64,000 bases of DNA from contig OX638156.1 in NCBI GenBank assembly GCA_951804945.1, positions 38,626,001-38,690,000 of the forward strand, given 5' to 3'. Under the pieces are notes generated by a model. The model made no database searches. It saw only the letters and a list, made by a program, of their open reading frames with translations, and was not told the DNA's origin. This document shows positions 37,301-49,762 of the stretch, piece by piece. The translations under genes and the position numbers were made by a program. Origin of the DNA: Podarcis cretensis. Taxonomy: Eukaryota. Each line of letters opens with the position of its first letter. Position 1 is the first letter of the stretch.

Positions 37301-40300
37301 GCTCACCCCTCTCTGCATGGGAGAGGCAGAGGGCCAGGGATGAGAGCGCCGCTTGTAGAACTCTATATGCACCAGCTTCCTGTAGGTGCATTTAAAGTCT
37401 GTGTGCTGCTTCTCTAAGGCAAAGCTATGCCAGGGCCCTGCAGTTTCTAGCAGAAGGGGCTGCTCAGCTTCTCCTTGTCTGCTGCTAGTTTCTGCACATG
37501 CTGGCACATCCCTCTCTGTCCTCCATCTGGGCAACTGCAAGGCATTATCAGAGTTCAAGGGCACATCTCAAACCAGGCAAAAAGATTCAAGGAGGTGCAA
37601 AGCAGGTGCAGTAAGGGCTGTAGCTGGTAATGGGATATGGTCGGGGAGGAGACTTGGGGGCCAGATAGGGAGATTTTGAGGGCTGCATTTGGCTCCCAGG
37701 CTTGAGGTTCCCAATCCTTGAGCTAATGGATGTTCCTTGCGACATCCAGAGTTGCTGTGACCTTTCTGGTTTGGGCAGAGGGATTTTATGTTTTGCTCTC
37801 ACTTGAGCAAGGAGGGATTGCAAGCAATAATGTGTCCCCACTGTAGCTCTGTCTCCTACTGTATTATCTCTGGGTGTAATTACCGCCCCGCCCCCTGCCA
37901 AAGCACAGTCTGTTAACTGTCTGATCTCCTGCACTATTTAACCTTCTGGGCCTGCTTGTTTCCCTCCTTGGCCAGGTACATGGCTGAATGGATGGTGAAC
38001 GGCTACCCCTCTGACAACGTGTGGCCCCTGGACCTGAAGCGCTTTGGGGCTCTGCAGAGCAGCCGCACCTTCCTCCGCCACCGCGTCATGGAAGTGATGC
38101 GTAAGTAGCCTGCGGCTGGACTTGCTCGTGCCCCACGTTAAATCAGGGCTGTGTAGGGTGTTCTTTCTGGACTAGGAAGGTGATGGATTTGTGTCCCTTC
38201 CAGCGCTTTGATTCTGTGATTCTGTGGCCCCTCCAGCCCTGATTTATGACCTGAAAGTTCCCCGCTGGGATTTCCAGACCGGCAGACAGCTGCGCACGTC
38301 ACCCCTCTATGACCGGCTGGACGCACAAGGAGCCAGGTGGATGGAGAAGCACGGCTTTGAGAGGGCCAAGTACTTTGTGCCGCCTGGGAAAGGTGAGAGC
38401 GCTGTCCTTCCGTACGCAGCACTTGGAGCACGGGGTGCCAGCATCTTGTTGTTTTGACCCAAGTCCTGTGCTTCCTCATCTTCAGACTTGCTGGCCCTGG
38501 ATCAGAGCAAGACCTTCTACAAGCCAGACTGGTTTGACATTGTGGGGGCAGAGGTCAAGTGCTGCAAGGAGGCTGTCTGCGTCATTGACATGTCCTCGTT
38601 CACCAAGTTTGAAATAAGTGTAAGTGTAGTTGTGAGAGAGATGTGGACCAGCACTGTGGGCCTGGCATCTGCTTCTGTAGCTTGCTTGGGTGTCTAGAAA
38701 CCCTCTAAGTTTGTTCAGTTGATACAGAGCTGTCGTTACTTTATAAAAAGCGACTTTTGGCTGAACCATACAGATGAAAATGGCAACAGCAATTAAACAC
38801 TCTTGGGCAGACCAAAGCCTTTAAGGCAAGAATGGGGCAGCTGTGGCCCTCCAGATATTTATGGCCTATAACTCCCATAATCATCTTTCTGACCACTGGC
38901 AATGCAGATGGGAGTTGGAGTCCAGCCACATCTGGAGGACCACAGTTAACCCAGCCCTGCCTTAAAAGGCTCACGGGAATAAATAAAAGTATTGTGTAGA
39001 GGCACTAAGAGAGACCCCTGATAGGACCATTCCAGAGGTTGGGTGCTGCCATGGAGAAAGGTCTTCCTCCATGTATCAGCCAAAACTTGCAAGATGGACA
39101 TTTTGTGAACTTTGGCACTGAGCCTTTCCTCAAGTCTTCTGAGCTTCTAAGCCTTTATGATTCAAGCTGTATCTCTCCAGGCAGCTGGAATGAATCTTAC
39201 GGAGAGAAATGCACCTTGGTTTGGAGAGGGCCCGGGCTGTAAGGAAGCAAAGGGTTGCCCGTGTAATGTTCACAGCTATTAAGGCCTGGAAACTTGCCTT
39301 TTTGTGTGTTTTTAGGAAGGTGAGTTTTGTGGCAAGGCATTAACTAAAGTAGCAAAGTGGCTAAGAAAATGTGTAATTTAGGGTAAATACAGTAAGAAAT
39401 GCATACACTGAGGAATGCGGGCTTACTTGTGTCAGGAGCTGAAAGCCATTTCAAAAAGGGATGGACAAATCCTGCTTCTGCTGCTGTCTCTGATTTCTTT
39501 CTCCTTTCCCTCCTCTCCATGCTGCAGTCCACAGGGGACCAGGCCCTGGACGTCTTGCAGTATCTCTTCTCCAATGACCTGGATGTGCCTGTGGGGCACA
39601 TAGTGCACACCGGGATGCTCAATCACAACGGAGGATACGAGAACGACTGCAGCATCGTCCGCCTAAACAAGCGCAGGTAAGCTTATTCGGACTCATTCTT
39701 TTGCCTACTCTTGCTTCTGCTTTGAAGACTCACCTTCCACATTGCGCAATGCCTCTGTTAGTGCTGTGCCTCAAAGAAGAGGATACAAGAAGAGCAGATC
39801 TTCCCAGATTTGATTTGGAGGGGGGATACATTGTGTTTTGTGAAGGAGGGCTTCCTTTATTCTGTCCTGAATATACAGTGAATCAGTTTCATGACAGACA
39901 AAAGAAATTGCTCCTTTATATGCTTCCCCCCCCCTTCTTGAAGTGTTACGTTCACCACCTAGAGCCTTTGTTTATTTTCAATATCTATTTTTGTGGAAGT
40001 CCCATTGGCCCCCAACCAGCCTGGCCATTGGTCAGGGATAATTGAAATTGTAGTCCAGTAACAGGTGGAAGCCCAAAGGCTGCCCGTCCCTACTCTAGAG
40101 TCTATATTCCACAGATTATTATTTTTAATGTTTCTATATCCCACCTTCAAGAAGCTCAAAGTGGTGTACTTGGTTCTAGGCTTTAATTTGCTTCTCAAAT
40201 GAAGGGCTGAATTGAGCAAAGTGCTACAGGCTTGCCTTTGAGTTTGGTAAATACTTGGCCTGCATTCAGGGAAGCTTCTGATGCCAAATTTCACTGCCTG

Positions 40301-43300
40301 GGAGGCCGGTGGTCTCATTCTTCACGCCAAGAGAGTACAAGACAGGGCCCTCAAAGTTGCAGGAAAACCATTTGGATTATAGGATGTGAATTGTTGTTTC
40401 ACATTAGTTATGGGAATACTTTGTGCTCCAGTGCCTCTGCAGCTCAGGTACAGCTTTGTACGCTTCAAGGGGCACCTTTCAGGGCCATGTTGGAGGATGG
40501 AATGCCTCCCAGGGTGAATGCAATTGCAAGAACCTGAGAGCCTGGACTCAGTGATTATCCACCTCAGGAAAGTCGCAAATCCCAACAGGCTTTGCTTCAA
40601 GCCCTCTGTGGATGTGGACGGGTCCCCCATGCCACGATACCTCCCCACTACCTGGCTCCTGCCTTGTGCTTAACCTTCTCCATTGTACTTTGCATTCCAG
40701 CTTCTTCATGATTTCCCCCACAGACCAGCAAGTCCATTGCTGGTCCTGGTTGAAGAAGCACATGCCTGTTGACAGCAACCTGTTCTTGGAAGACGTAACC
40801 TGGAAGTACACAGGTGAGGCAGGAGGGAACATTGTGCCTGCAGGTGCTGGAACAGCTGGAGTGGCTGCAGATGCTGCTTCAGCAAGAAGTCGTGTTTTCA
40901 GTTGCTCTGGAGCCCCATGCTGGCTGCAATCCAAAACAAAGGGAGGGCAGCTGGTTGGGGAAAGTTGCTGTAAAAATATGAATGTGGCAAATAGGTTTTT
41001 GCAAATGTATTATCCAGGTATTCTCACAGGCAATGCAGGTTTGGTTGTGGCTCCCTATAGGCATCTGATCAGTGACAGATCCAAGCTTGGTGCTATGTAG
41101 TGTGGGAAACTCTCCCTGGACTTATATGCGAAGTTCATTTTGAATATAGGCTCCCATTTCACATCTTTTCTTAGAATCCTTTACCTCTTAGAAGATGATT
41201 TACCCCTTGCTTTCACTACTGAGGGTGGAACTATGCTCTCGCATGATGCCACCATCAAAAAAAGGCAGCCCCATGTTTCTCCTATCATTGGCTGCCCGGG
41301 CACACCACAGTTATGTCATGGCAAGGGTGCCTGAAGAGAGGGGAGGGTGGCTGTGGTTGAACTTGGTATGGGGTTTCCATCTTCAGTTGCAGTGCCATGT
41401 CAAGATTAGCATGCAATTCCTCTGGTAGCAAAGCTAGGTTTGTGGTCACCAGATGGGCGTGCTTTAGTGCTAGTGTTAATGAGCCTCCCTGCTTTAAATG
41501 AGTCAAACGTAAATCCTTGCTTGTTCCTCGGATCCACAGATGTTGTTGGAGCCCAGCTCCCATCATCCCTGACCATTGGACTTGGATGATGGGCTCTTCT
41601 TTCTGCAGCAGAATTTGATTTCATGCCTACTGTTATTTCCAAACCATATGCCTCCTCTGGCAATTATGGCCCTGAGCTGCGCCAAGGAAAACTGAGGGGT
41701 GGAGTTGACTTGGGTGGGACCTTCCCTTTCATTCTGCAGATTGCTCAGAGGTAGAAACCCTTGTGCTTTTCTCTACCTAGCATTGAATCTGATTGGCCCA
41801 CGTGCTGTGGACGTCCTGTCAGAGCTGTCCTATGCTCCAATGACCCCAGAGCACTTTCCATCCCTCTTTTGCAAGGTATGTCACATGTTTTTCAGTTTGT
41901 TTTAGAAATCTGCTTACTCCTCATGCAAAGGAACCGGTTCACACAATGGCCTGGTTCACACACTGTACTAAGGTGTGGTTTGTTTAACATGAGTTAGCCA
42001 GGAGTTGTCCCACAATCCAACAAAACCATGGCTTGTTAAAGCTTTGTTTGTTTTCAGACTTCTCCTGCATTGTGCCTTTGTTAGTTTGGGTCAGAGTGGC
42101 CATTCAAACTACAGTAGAGGAAAGGTGCTGGATTAGCATGTTAATACCAAGCTGTAGTTAAAACAAACCAAGGTTCACAAGCCAACAACAAACAATGACT
42201 CTAGCTGCTGGGCATCATTCACACACTGAATGCCTCTATCCTCAGGTTTGTCACCTAAGACCACGCATAAGGCAGAATGGCTGGGGTCATGTTAATGTTG
42301 TGTCTCAAAGTGGCTTTATGTGATGCTCTGGTTTTCAAACTGTCCTGGAGAAGCCTGGCTTTCTTCCAGCTTTTTATGGATTTGTGATGTGTAGCCAAGT
42401 TTTTTGTTGTTGTTCATTGCCTGCCCTTCTCCCTAAGGTCCCAGGTCGGGTTACAACATTAAAATACAATAATAAGATTGCTGCTGGGCATACCCTTGGT
42501 TTGTGTGGGGTGGTGGTGAGTCCAAGCAGTTCTAGACAGTGCCTTGTGCAAGCTGAGACTATGTCATTGAATTCAGCATACAATCTGTGGTGCAAACATG
42601 GGGGCAGGGCTTCACTCAAAGTTGGAAGAAGGCTCCTTAAAGATAGGACACTTTGTAGACTGATGCCTTTGTGGCAGGGCTCATACAGAGTTCAATTTTT
42701 GGCCAGTTTGCAGGGCACAGGTTGTGCGTTTACCAGGCAAAGTGTCCTGCCATGTCTTCGTCTTGCTGAATATTGCAATGATTACATTGCAGGGTGTTTC
42801 TTGCCTGTTCTGTAGCAGTTCTCAGATCAGAGAATATCTGTGGGTTGAGGACAGGAGTGGATGCATTTATGAAGGGTGCCTCAGTTATTCTCTGTGCTGG
42901 TGCAATAACATCTGGAGGACATCCTAGCTACCTTTCTCCTACATCATTCAAAGTGCTTTACATTCTTGGTAATACAACAGGCCTATAGGAAACTCTTTGT
43001 TATTGCAAATAAGGCAGGGAGAGGGCAGTTGAAGCTGAGAGAGAGCAGCTGGCATAAGGCCAACTCAGTTTTTATAGCCAAGGTGAGATTTCAACTAGGC
43101 CTTCCCTGATATGTAGCTCTCTTTTCTTTTATCCGCCGTGCTACATGAACAGTCTTACTTGCTACAGTGGCTCGTTTCATGCTTCAAAACACGACCCTCC
43201 TTCCAGCACCAGAAGGAATGTTCATTCTGTAAGGCTGGTTGGAAAACCTACAGTGGGACCTCTGATGCTCTCAATATCAATGAGCCAGTGAGGATATATC

Positions 43301-46300
43301 CTTCTAATTACACCCTGGTGATCACAAACTGGCTGCCCACAAACAAATTGTAAGAGACGCTTTTGTACACTGCAGAAACAGGGAGTGGTTTGGAATGCCC
43401 CGAGTCGTTCTGTCCAGCATGTAAAGCTTGGGAATTTATTTTTTCAAGTTTTATTTTTTTTAAGTATTCCTCTCCTCTCTCCAGCATATACACGAACCTT
43501 CTGTCCCCAGACAGAGAATCTTGTGTCCAATCCTTGTGAATGGAGAATGTTATCGTGGAAATGGGCCTGACCTCTGAACCCCACCCTCAAAAATGAATCT
43601 CCAAATGCAGGGGTAGCTAACCGTTTTTTTTAGCATGAGGGTCACATTTGCCATTTGAGGGGTTGCATGCACACATACAGCCCCCACTTCTGGACTGATC
43701 CATGCTAATCAGCTGTAGGGGGCAGTCATCACCTCCTTTCTGCTCATCAAATGATCAATCTGATTGTGGGCAGTGATGATTAAACGAGGGGGGACGGAAC
43801 GAGAACCGGGGGGACGGAACGAGAACCATTTAAACTACCTTCAGCTCCTTGCAGAAAAAGGTGGGATATAAATGCAACAAAATAAATATAAGTCACCCAG
43901 GAACCAGAAGCCAGGCACTTGAGGAGTCTTTTCTTGCAAGCTCCCAGCTGCTTGTGCTCATTGCAGAAGTGTTTTTTTTTAAAGAGTGTATAATGTTTAT
44001 TCTACCGTGTCATCTCTGCTTGCTTCTCTGGTGCTTAAGCTTCTTGATTGTCTCCTTCCTCTCAGTGGAGAGAGCGAACGACTGCTCCCTCTCTTCTTGT
44101 CCAGGGCTGCCCATGTGCTTTTGCCATCTTTCATTTTCTTCCTTTGCTTCCTGTTTCCTACAGGAGATGAGCGTGGGCTACGCCAACGGCATCCGTGTCA
44201 TGAGCATGACGCACACCGGAGAACCGGGATTCATGCTCTACATCCCCATTGAGGTGAGAGGTGCTTTGTTGTCTTCAAAACTTTGATTTGCAGGACTGAG
44301 GAGAACCTCTTCTCCCTTTTTCCACGGGATGGTATATAAAGATCCAGAGTAAAAGACTTGGCTTAGAAGTACAAGATAAAAATGTCCATTCTGTCTTCTC
44401 AAGCTCACCAGTTTGTCCTACTGTGTGTCTCAAAAAGGAGATCTACCTGTTGGGGCCTAACTTTCCTCGCTTTCAGACCACATTGTGAGCAGGAAAGAAT
44501 CCAGTCAAAATAGGCCCATATGAGTTGCACTTTGCTAGAACGGGCAAAAGGTCCAACTAAACCAAGCCACCTAAATATACTCAGCTTATAGGTAGGAAAT
44601 GTTTGCCTTCAGCATCAAACAGTGTCAGAGTACTCTGCCTCTTAATTAGAAAGGCTCCATTCAGTTTGTCAAATTGTTGTTTTTATCCATTGATAGACAA
44701 ATTAACAGAGAGTAGCTAATAGCGAATAATCTGTGAAGTGTGCCTTGCACTATCAGACCAAGGCAACTGTGAGCTGGCTGGGTCTGCTGGAAGATCTAAA
44801 TCAAAGCATCTGGAAGGCACCAGGTTGGGGGAGGCATTGCTACCACTTATTTTGTAAGGAAGAAACCCTTTTTTAAAAAATCCCCAAAAGGGGCATAACT
44901 TGGCATTAAATTCTGCCTGCAAAAGCCACTACAGGCAGCTTTTGGAATTGGCCACAGGGAAAATGCAATCAGATTCTTACACTAAACAACTACCTAGAGC
45001 AGGCATAGGCAAACTCTGGCCCGCCAGATGTTTTGAGACCACAATTTCCATCATCCCTGACCACTGGTCCTCTTTGCTAGGAATGATGGGAATTGTAGTT
45101 CCAAAACATCTGCAGGGCTGGAGTTTGCCTATGCCTGACCTAGAGTGCTGAGCAGTCTCTTTCTCCTAGGACATAGTTACAACAAGCCGCTTTTTGTAAG
45201 GCAACATGGCTTCAGTTTGTAGTTTGGTGACAGCAAAATGTGGAAGCTGAAGCTGCTGGGCAAAGTTTGGATGAGCAAACAAATCATGGTTTGATAAGCC
45301 ATAGTTTAATAAACCACGGTCAAGCGTTATGTGCAAACCAGGCTATTCAATGCAGTTTGCTGGGCTTGGTTGGTGGGATGTTGTCATCCGCAGCTTTCTG
45401 CAGCTGTCCAAGGACTGCTGCCGTTTTTCACTCTCTAGAGTTGCAGATGCCAAATGTTGCATTCAAATGCCTCTGTACTATTTTTCCAAACCCTCCCCTT
45501 GCAGTATGCTTTGCACGTGTACAACGAGGTGATGAGTGTGGGGCAGAAGTACGGGATCCGGAATTCTGGCTACTACGCCCTCCGCAGCTTGCGCATTGAG
45601 AAGTTCTTTGCCTTCTGGGGCCAAGATCTGGATGCTTTCACCACGCCGCTGGAATGTGGGCGCGAGTTCCGGGTTAAACTGGAGAAGGTGTGAAAGAGAG
45701 CTGGGCCATGGGGTGTGTGTGTTTGTGTGTGGCACAGAAAAGGCAAGCTGCCTTGAAACGAGTGCAACACAACCTCCCTGCAGTGTGGGCATCATGTTTG
45801 CCTTGGGGCTGGGGGAAGTGGATTCAGACCCCATCCTAGCCATCAGTTTCCTGGGTGGCACAGGGCAAGTCACTAATTTGTGGGCTTCAGCTTCTCTTCT
45901 GTTAAGCTGCAACAGCAACGTAAGAGGTGGAAGGTACCCCAAGGGTCATCTAGTCCAAGCCCGTGCAATGCAGGAATCTCTTGGTCCCTTGTAGATAAGT
46001 TCCCCATAGAATATAAAGCAGGAGCTGCCCTTTTGTCCAGCCCTGACTGATGCCCCCCCCCCCCCGCTCTCTCTCTGCAGGGCACTGACTTCATAGGGCG
46101 GGAGGCGCTGATGCAGCAGAAGCAGGAAGGGGTCTACAAGCGCTTCATCATGTTCGTCCTTGAAGACCACGATACAGATTTGGACCTGTGGCCCTGGTGG
46201 GGGGAGCCCATCTACCGGAATGGCCAGTACGCCGGCAAGACCACCAGCAGTGCCTATAGCTACACACTGGAGCGGCACGTCTGCCTGGGTTTTGTCCTGA

Positions 46301-46485
46301 ACGTGGACCCAGAGACTGGTGAGGAGCAGCCGGTGACACCCGACTTCGTCAACCAGGGCGAATACGAGATTGATATCGCAGGGCAGCGCTTCCAGGCCAA
46401 GGCCAAGCTTTATCCCTTCAGCTCCCTCTTCACGACCCGCCGGCGCAAGGATGAGATGGAGTTCAGTGGCTTCCAAGGGAAATAA
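28111..46485 (+). CDS. PDPR: Pyruvate dehydrogenase phosphatase regulatory subunit, mitochondrial; complete, 879 aa
   Basis: join(28111..28337,31361..31494,31662..31743,32212..32375,34531..34652,35369..35486,36542..36691,37101..37293,37976..38100,38237..38392,38486..38619,39528..39676,40701..40813,41781..41875,44164..44253,45505..45687,46081..46485) = 2640 nt. Arg/Ser-rich presequence, GGGIMG FAD-binding motif, DMGDH/GcvT-like C-terminal half. GSTRFCAG replaces the covalent-FAD His motif of DMGDH/SARDH. Confidence 0.97.
29603..29850 (-). mobile_element. CR1-type 3'-end fragment
   Basis: cataagaacataaaagagcctgc...ccatctagtccagcatcctg, the reverse complement of a squamate CR1-like tail; similar pieces at ~50135-50300 and ~53350-53600. 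Confidence 0.6.
31361..31494 (+). CDS. PDPR: PDPR exon (LAAGSTRFCAGIV...ETGVKT)
   Basis: tcag|G ... ACGG|gtaagg. Confidence 0.95.
31662..31743 (+). CDS. PDPR: PDPR exon (GYVRTGSISLAQTQDRLISLKRIASRLK)
   Basis: ccag|GT ... CAA|gtaagt. Confidence 0.95.
32212..32375 (+). CDS. PDPR: PDPR exon (VMGIPCELIPP...AASLN)
   Basis: acag|G ... AATG|gtacgg. Confidence 0.95.
34531..34652 (+). CDS. PDPR: PDPR exon (GAQIHERTSV...VNCAGQ)
   Basis: ccag|GT ... CAG|gtcagg. Confidence 0.95.
35369..35486 (+). CDS. PDPR: PDPR exon (WAYELGLSNEEPVSIPLHACEHFYLL...)
   Basis: tcag|TGG ... CCAA|gtaagg. Confidence 0.95.
36144..36385. mobile_element. Tc1/mariner-superfamily (Tigger/pogo-like) MITE, 242 bp
   Basis: Perfect 18-bp TIR CAGTGGTACCTCGGGTTA/TAACCCGAGGTACCACTG with TA on both sides; internal TAACCTGAA subterminal repeats. 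Confidence 0.9.
36542..36691 (+). CDS. PDPR: PDPR exon (IVDPDGRIYIR...EDWDHF)
   Basis: atag|CT ... TTTG|gtacgt. Confidence 0.95.
37101..37293 (+). CDS. PDPR: PDPR exon (EPLLSALLRRMP...GGGAGK)
   Basis: gagtag|AG ... CAA|gtaagt. Confidence 0.93.
37976..38100 (+). CDS. PDPR: PDPR exon (YMAEWMVNGYP...VMEVM)
   Basis: ccag|G ... ATGC|gtaagt. Confidence 0.95.
38237..38392 (+). CDS. PDPR: PDPR exon (LIYDLKVPRWDFQTGRQLRTSPL...PGK)
   Basis: ccag|CC ... AAAG|gtgaga. Confidence 0.95.
38486..38619 (+). CDS. PDPR: PDPR exon (LLALDQSKTFYKPDWF...KFEIS)
   Basis: tcag|AC ... AGT|gtaagt. Confidence 0.95.
39528..39676 (+). CDS. PDPR: PDPR exon (STGDQALDVLQYLF...RLNKR)
   Basis: gcag|TCC ... CAG|gtaagc. Confidence 0.95.
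40701..40813 (+). CDS. PDPR: PDPR exon (FFMISPTDQQVHCW...TWKYT)
   Basis: ccag|C ... ACAG|gtgagg. Confidence 0.95.
41781..41875 (+). CDS. PDPR: PDPR exon (LNLIGPRAVDVL...SLFCK)
   Basis: ctag|CA ... AAG|gtatgt. Confidence 0.95.
43788..43827. repeat. Perfect 20-bp tandem duplication (GGGGGGACGGAACGAGAACC)x2
   Basis: Direct reading. Confidence 0.9.
44164..44253 (+). CDS. PDPR: PDPR exon (EMSVGYANGIRVMSMTHTGEPGFMLYIPIE)
   Basis: acag|GAG ... GAG|gtgaga. Confidence 0.95.
45000..45137. mobile_element. Palindromic hAT-type MITE
   Basis: Perfect 17-bp TIR CAGGCATAGGCAAACTC/GAGTTTGCCTATGCCTG; perfect 8-bp TSD ACCTAGAG. Confidence 0.9.
45505..45687 (+). CDS. PDPR: PDPR exon (YALHVYNEVM...RVKLEK)
   Basis: gcag|TAT ... 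AAG|gtgtga. Confidence 0.95.
46081..46485 (+). CDS. PDPR: PDPR last coding exon (GTDFIGREAL...FSGFQGK*)
   Basis: gcag|GGC; stop TAA 46483-46485. Confidence 0.96.
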   Translation, partial: GTDFIGREALMQQKQEGVYKRFIMFVLEDHDTDLDLWPWWGEPIYRNGQYAGKTTSSAYSYTLERHVCLGFVLNVDPETGEEQPVTPDFVNQGEYEIDIAGQRFQAKAKLYPFSSLFTTRRRKDEMEFSGFQGK

Positions 46486-49400
46486 CTCAGTGCTTCATCT
46501 TTCAGACTTTTTAACGCTGCTGCTCGTTGGGACTTTGTATAGCCCCTCTGGTCTGTTACATTTTGTATATCATAACACTTTTTTTCCCTTTTCCTCTCCT
46601 CTCCTTCCATACATATCTCTTATTTTCTGCGCATCCTGGTTGTTTTCCAACATTGGCTGAAGCCCCTGAGGCCAAAAGGGCTCTGTTGTGTCCTGGGCTC
46701 CAGCCTCCGCTTGTCCAATCAGAAAGGACTCCTGTGCCCTGAGAACATGGGCCTGGTGGGACCTCTTGCACTTGGAAGCAGCCTCGGGCCCTTGGGATCT
46801 CTCCTCTCTTGCAACGTGCCACATCACCCCAGGGCCCACCAGGCACCTGTGCACCAACACCCAGTGGCCAGCCCTTGTCCTTTGCAGTTTTCTTCCTTGT
46901 GCTGCCTGTCGGAGAGGTCAGCAGGCAGTGTAAGGAAACAGTGAGTTTTTCTCCATGTTAGGAATGGGTGTGAGCAATCCATGAGCTGCACCACACAGGG
47001 TCAGCATCCTACAGAAAATTTGGCATCCCTGGAATGGAGCTGCCTGGGTGACTCCTCAGTGTCTATGGATTGTGTGGCTGAGGGTGCTTGCTTCTGGGTT
47101 TGCTGTGTTACAGAATCCTCCTTCCCTTCTGCTTTGTTGTTTTTTGTGTTCAGTCTTGGATTGGTTGGATGGTTGTGCAATATATGATGTTCAAAACCCT
47201 CACCTGTGCCACTTAGGGGCTGACAAGCCTTTAGTCAACAGGCCTCTAGTTGCTTAGAGGTTGGGGCTGAGGGCTGTGGGTGTAAGCTGCACCATCTTAA
47301 CAATGGCTGAGCCATGGGTTGTGTCTTGGCTTTGTGTTGGCACCTCCCCCCCATCCAAGTCCTGTGGGTAAGTGGTTGGTCACCTTTGCTTGGCCGCAGA
47401 ATGGCTCTCCTCCTTCCCAGCACTCGCCTCCTCTGCAGCTGCTGAGAACAGAATCTTGCATTCCATCTTTCACAAGGAGGGCTGTCCCATTTCAGGCTTT
47501 AGGGAGTGTTTGTGTTGGGTGGAGGGAAGAGCCTCAGCCTTCGCACTGTCATGGAAATGATTTGAGGCTGGGGTTTCTTTAAGCCAGGGGAATATGCCCT
47601 GAAAGGCAGGCATGCCATGCCGAAGAGTGTGACCTCTGGCCACTTGCAGCAGTCCAGTTAGCTGTCACTGCAAACAAGAAAAAGGAAACTGATCTTGAGG
47701 AAAGTGGCGGAGCATCTGTGCCTTGCAAATTCTCCCAGCAATACAGATCGGTGGGATTTCATGCTGCCACAGTTCCCTTTGAAAAATCCTTTAGACTGGC
47801 TCCCTGTGGCCGCTTTGTGTCTTTCCCTTCCTCCCTTTTTTCTACACGCCAGGCAACTCTTCTCTCCTCCTGTCTGAGTTGCTTGACGTATCGTAATGTT
47901 GCTGACCATTACCCATGCAATATTTTTCAGTTCTGCTGCCCTTTCCGAGGGCAAATGCCTGAGGTCCCTGCTCCCATACTCCAAGGTTGCCAGTCAGCAA
48001 AAAAAAATCTAGATAGGGTCTTCTGTGTAGATATCTCTTGAATAGAGTTCCTTGTAGCACTGATCCTGAGGCCTTAGGCCCATCAGAAATAGCTCCTCAC
48101 ACCAGGAGAGGCAGAACTGAACATTTCCCACAGCAGGCCTCAGCTGCTGGGAGAGGAGACTGAGAGACTGTATTACCAAGACTCTCAGGCAAGACCCCCC
48201 AAAACAGCAGAACAGATAGCGAGGCTTCCTCAGCATCTGCCCCAGGAAGTGTGTGAGATGCAGCTGAAGCCAGCTGGACCAAAGACCAGACGGTCCCTTT
48301 GCTCTCCCCCTTCTAATTGTGTTGCTTCCCATTTATTTTCCATAAATGGATGGGGGGCTTTTACAGTGAGCTTAAAAGGACTTGCTGCTTGCTGTATGTA
48401 TGACCATCCCACTTGGGCTTCTGGGAGCTTCTCAAGGCTCCCCTCCCCATGCTGTTTCCCAAACATGCATAAGTTTTAAAGTCCCTCCCACATCACTGTC
48501 AACTCTCGTAAACAGCAGGGTTGGTTTTGTTGCTAAATTTCTGGCCAGATGCAAGTAAATGGTACAGGGGCCTCCTTACCTCCAGCTACCTTTGCACCAA
48601 AGACAAAAGTTTTGTGGGTGGAATTCATAGCAGGCAGGCAAGGCAGGAAGGCAGAGCAGAGGTCCTTGAGCATTTGATCCTGTGCATGAAGGCCATCCTT
48701 GTGATACCTGCAAGGTCCTACCCAGAGAAGCCTCCACAATCCTGCAGAGTTTGGGTCTTCTGCCTTTTCTAAAATAATGTTTTGAGGGATTCCTTATCTA
48801 ACAGTCTCTCTCTCGCACACACTCCTGGTTCTTCCCTCCCTGCTCCTAGAATCACTCCTTCAATACTCCCTTTTCATTCTCAGATGCACTTTAAACACAT
48901 TTGTTCATTTTGACCTTGATTGCCAGCCCTCTGTGATCATTCCTTCATGGAATCAACTCCAAAACTAGCAGAGGTGTTTTTTTGTTTTTTTTAAGCATCA
49001 TTATTAAATTAAGAGCACTTGCCAGCATCTCTTCTGTGGAACAGGCACCGGAGATCTGGAAGCTGAGCGAACCTTCCCCTTCACTCTGGAGTGCCTTACG
49101 CCTCATGAATGTTACCTAACGGAGGGAGCAGAGTCATGCCTCAGCTCCATCCTGTATCAAAAACTCTGCTGCTTGGCTGCAGCAGGCCACCATGGCAGGA
49201 TTCTTGGGATGCTCTGGAGCCTTCTGACCCTCTCTGAGTGTCGCTGGCATCGACTGCTGTTGCTGCGCCTGCACCTCTGCAGAGAGTGTATATCTGTCTG
49301 GACTGGAAAACCAGGACGTTGGGAGATGCCCTGCTCCTCTTCCAGTGGAAGTTCCCAAGGACTCCTGGTCCAAAGCGCACAAAGGCCGGGGAGCAGCTTC

Positions 49401-49502
49401 CTTTCCTGTCCAACCGGGAAGCCTGCATCTTCATCATGCAGCATTTCTGCAGATATATTTCCTGACCCACTTTGGTTTTCGATGCTACCTGGTTTGTATA
49501 TC

Positions 49503-49508
49503 AATAAA
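49503..49508 (+). terminator. PDPR: Probable PDPR polyadenylation signal (3'UTR ~3 kb)
   Basis: TGTATATC-AATAAA followed by U/GU-rich sequence. Confidence 0.65.
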
Positions 49509-49756
49509 GAGTTGTTTTAACTACTGTTGCTGCAGAGTCTGTGACTTGTTACCCAGGCCCATCCAGGAGGCTGGCTGAGTTCTGAACTTGAACTCCCCAG
49601 CCTTTCTCAGTTTGCTGTCTGTGTCTGAGAGATTTCTGAGCCTGGTCTAATGCAGCAACCCCAACCTAGTACCCTCCAGGCTTTTTGGACTATGGCTCCC
49701 ATCAACCCCAGTGATGGGAAGGCTGTTCTGATGCCCCCAACCACAGTTCAGCAGCT

Positions 49757-49762
49757 TTTATT
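49757..49762 (-). terminator. Candidate polyadenylation signal of the fibulin-7-like gene
   Basis: TTTATT on + (AATAAA on -); the first such hexamer I found downstream of the stop at 51532. Confidence 0.5.

Noticed and set aside
49134-49578. Cluster of ORFs near the end of the PDPR 3'UTR
   Set aside because: No recognisable homology or convincing splice pair; consistent with GC-rich UTR noise.
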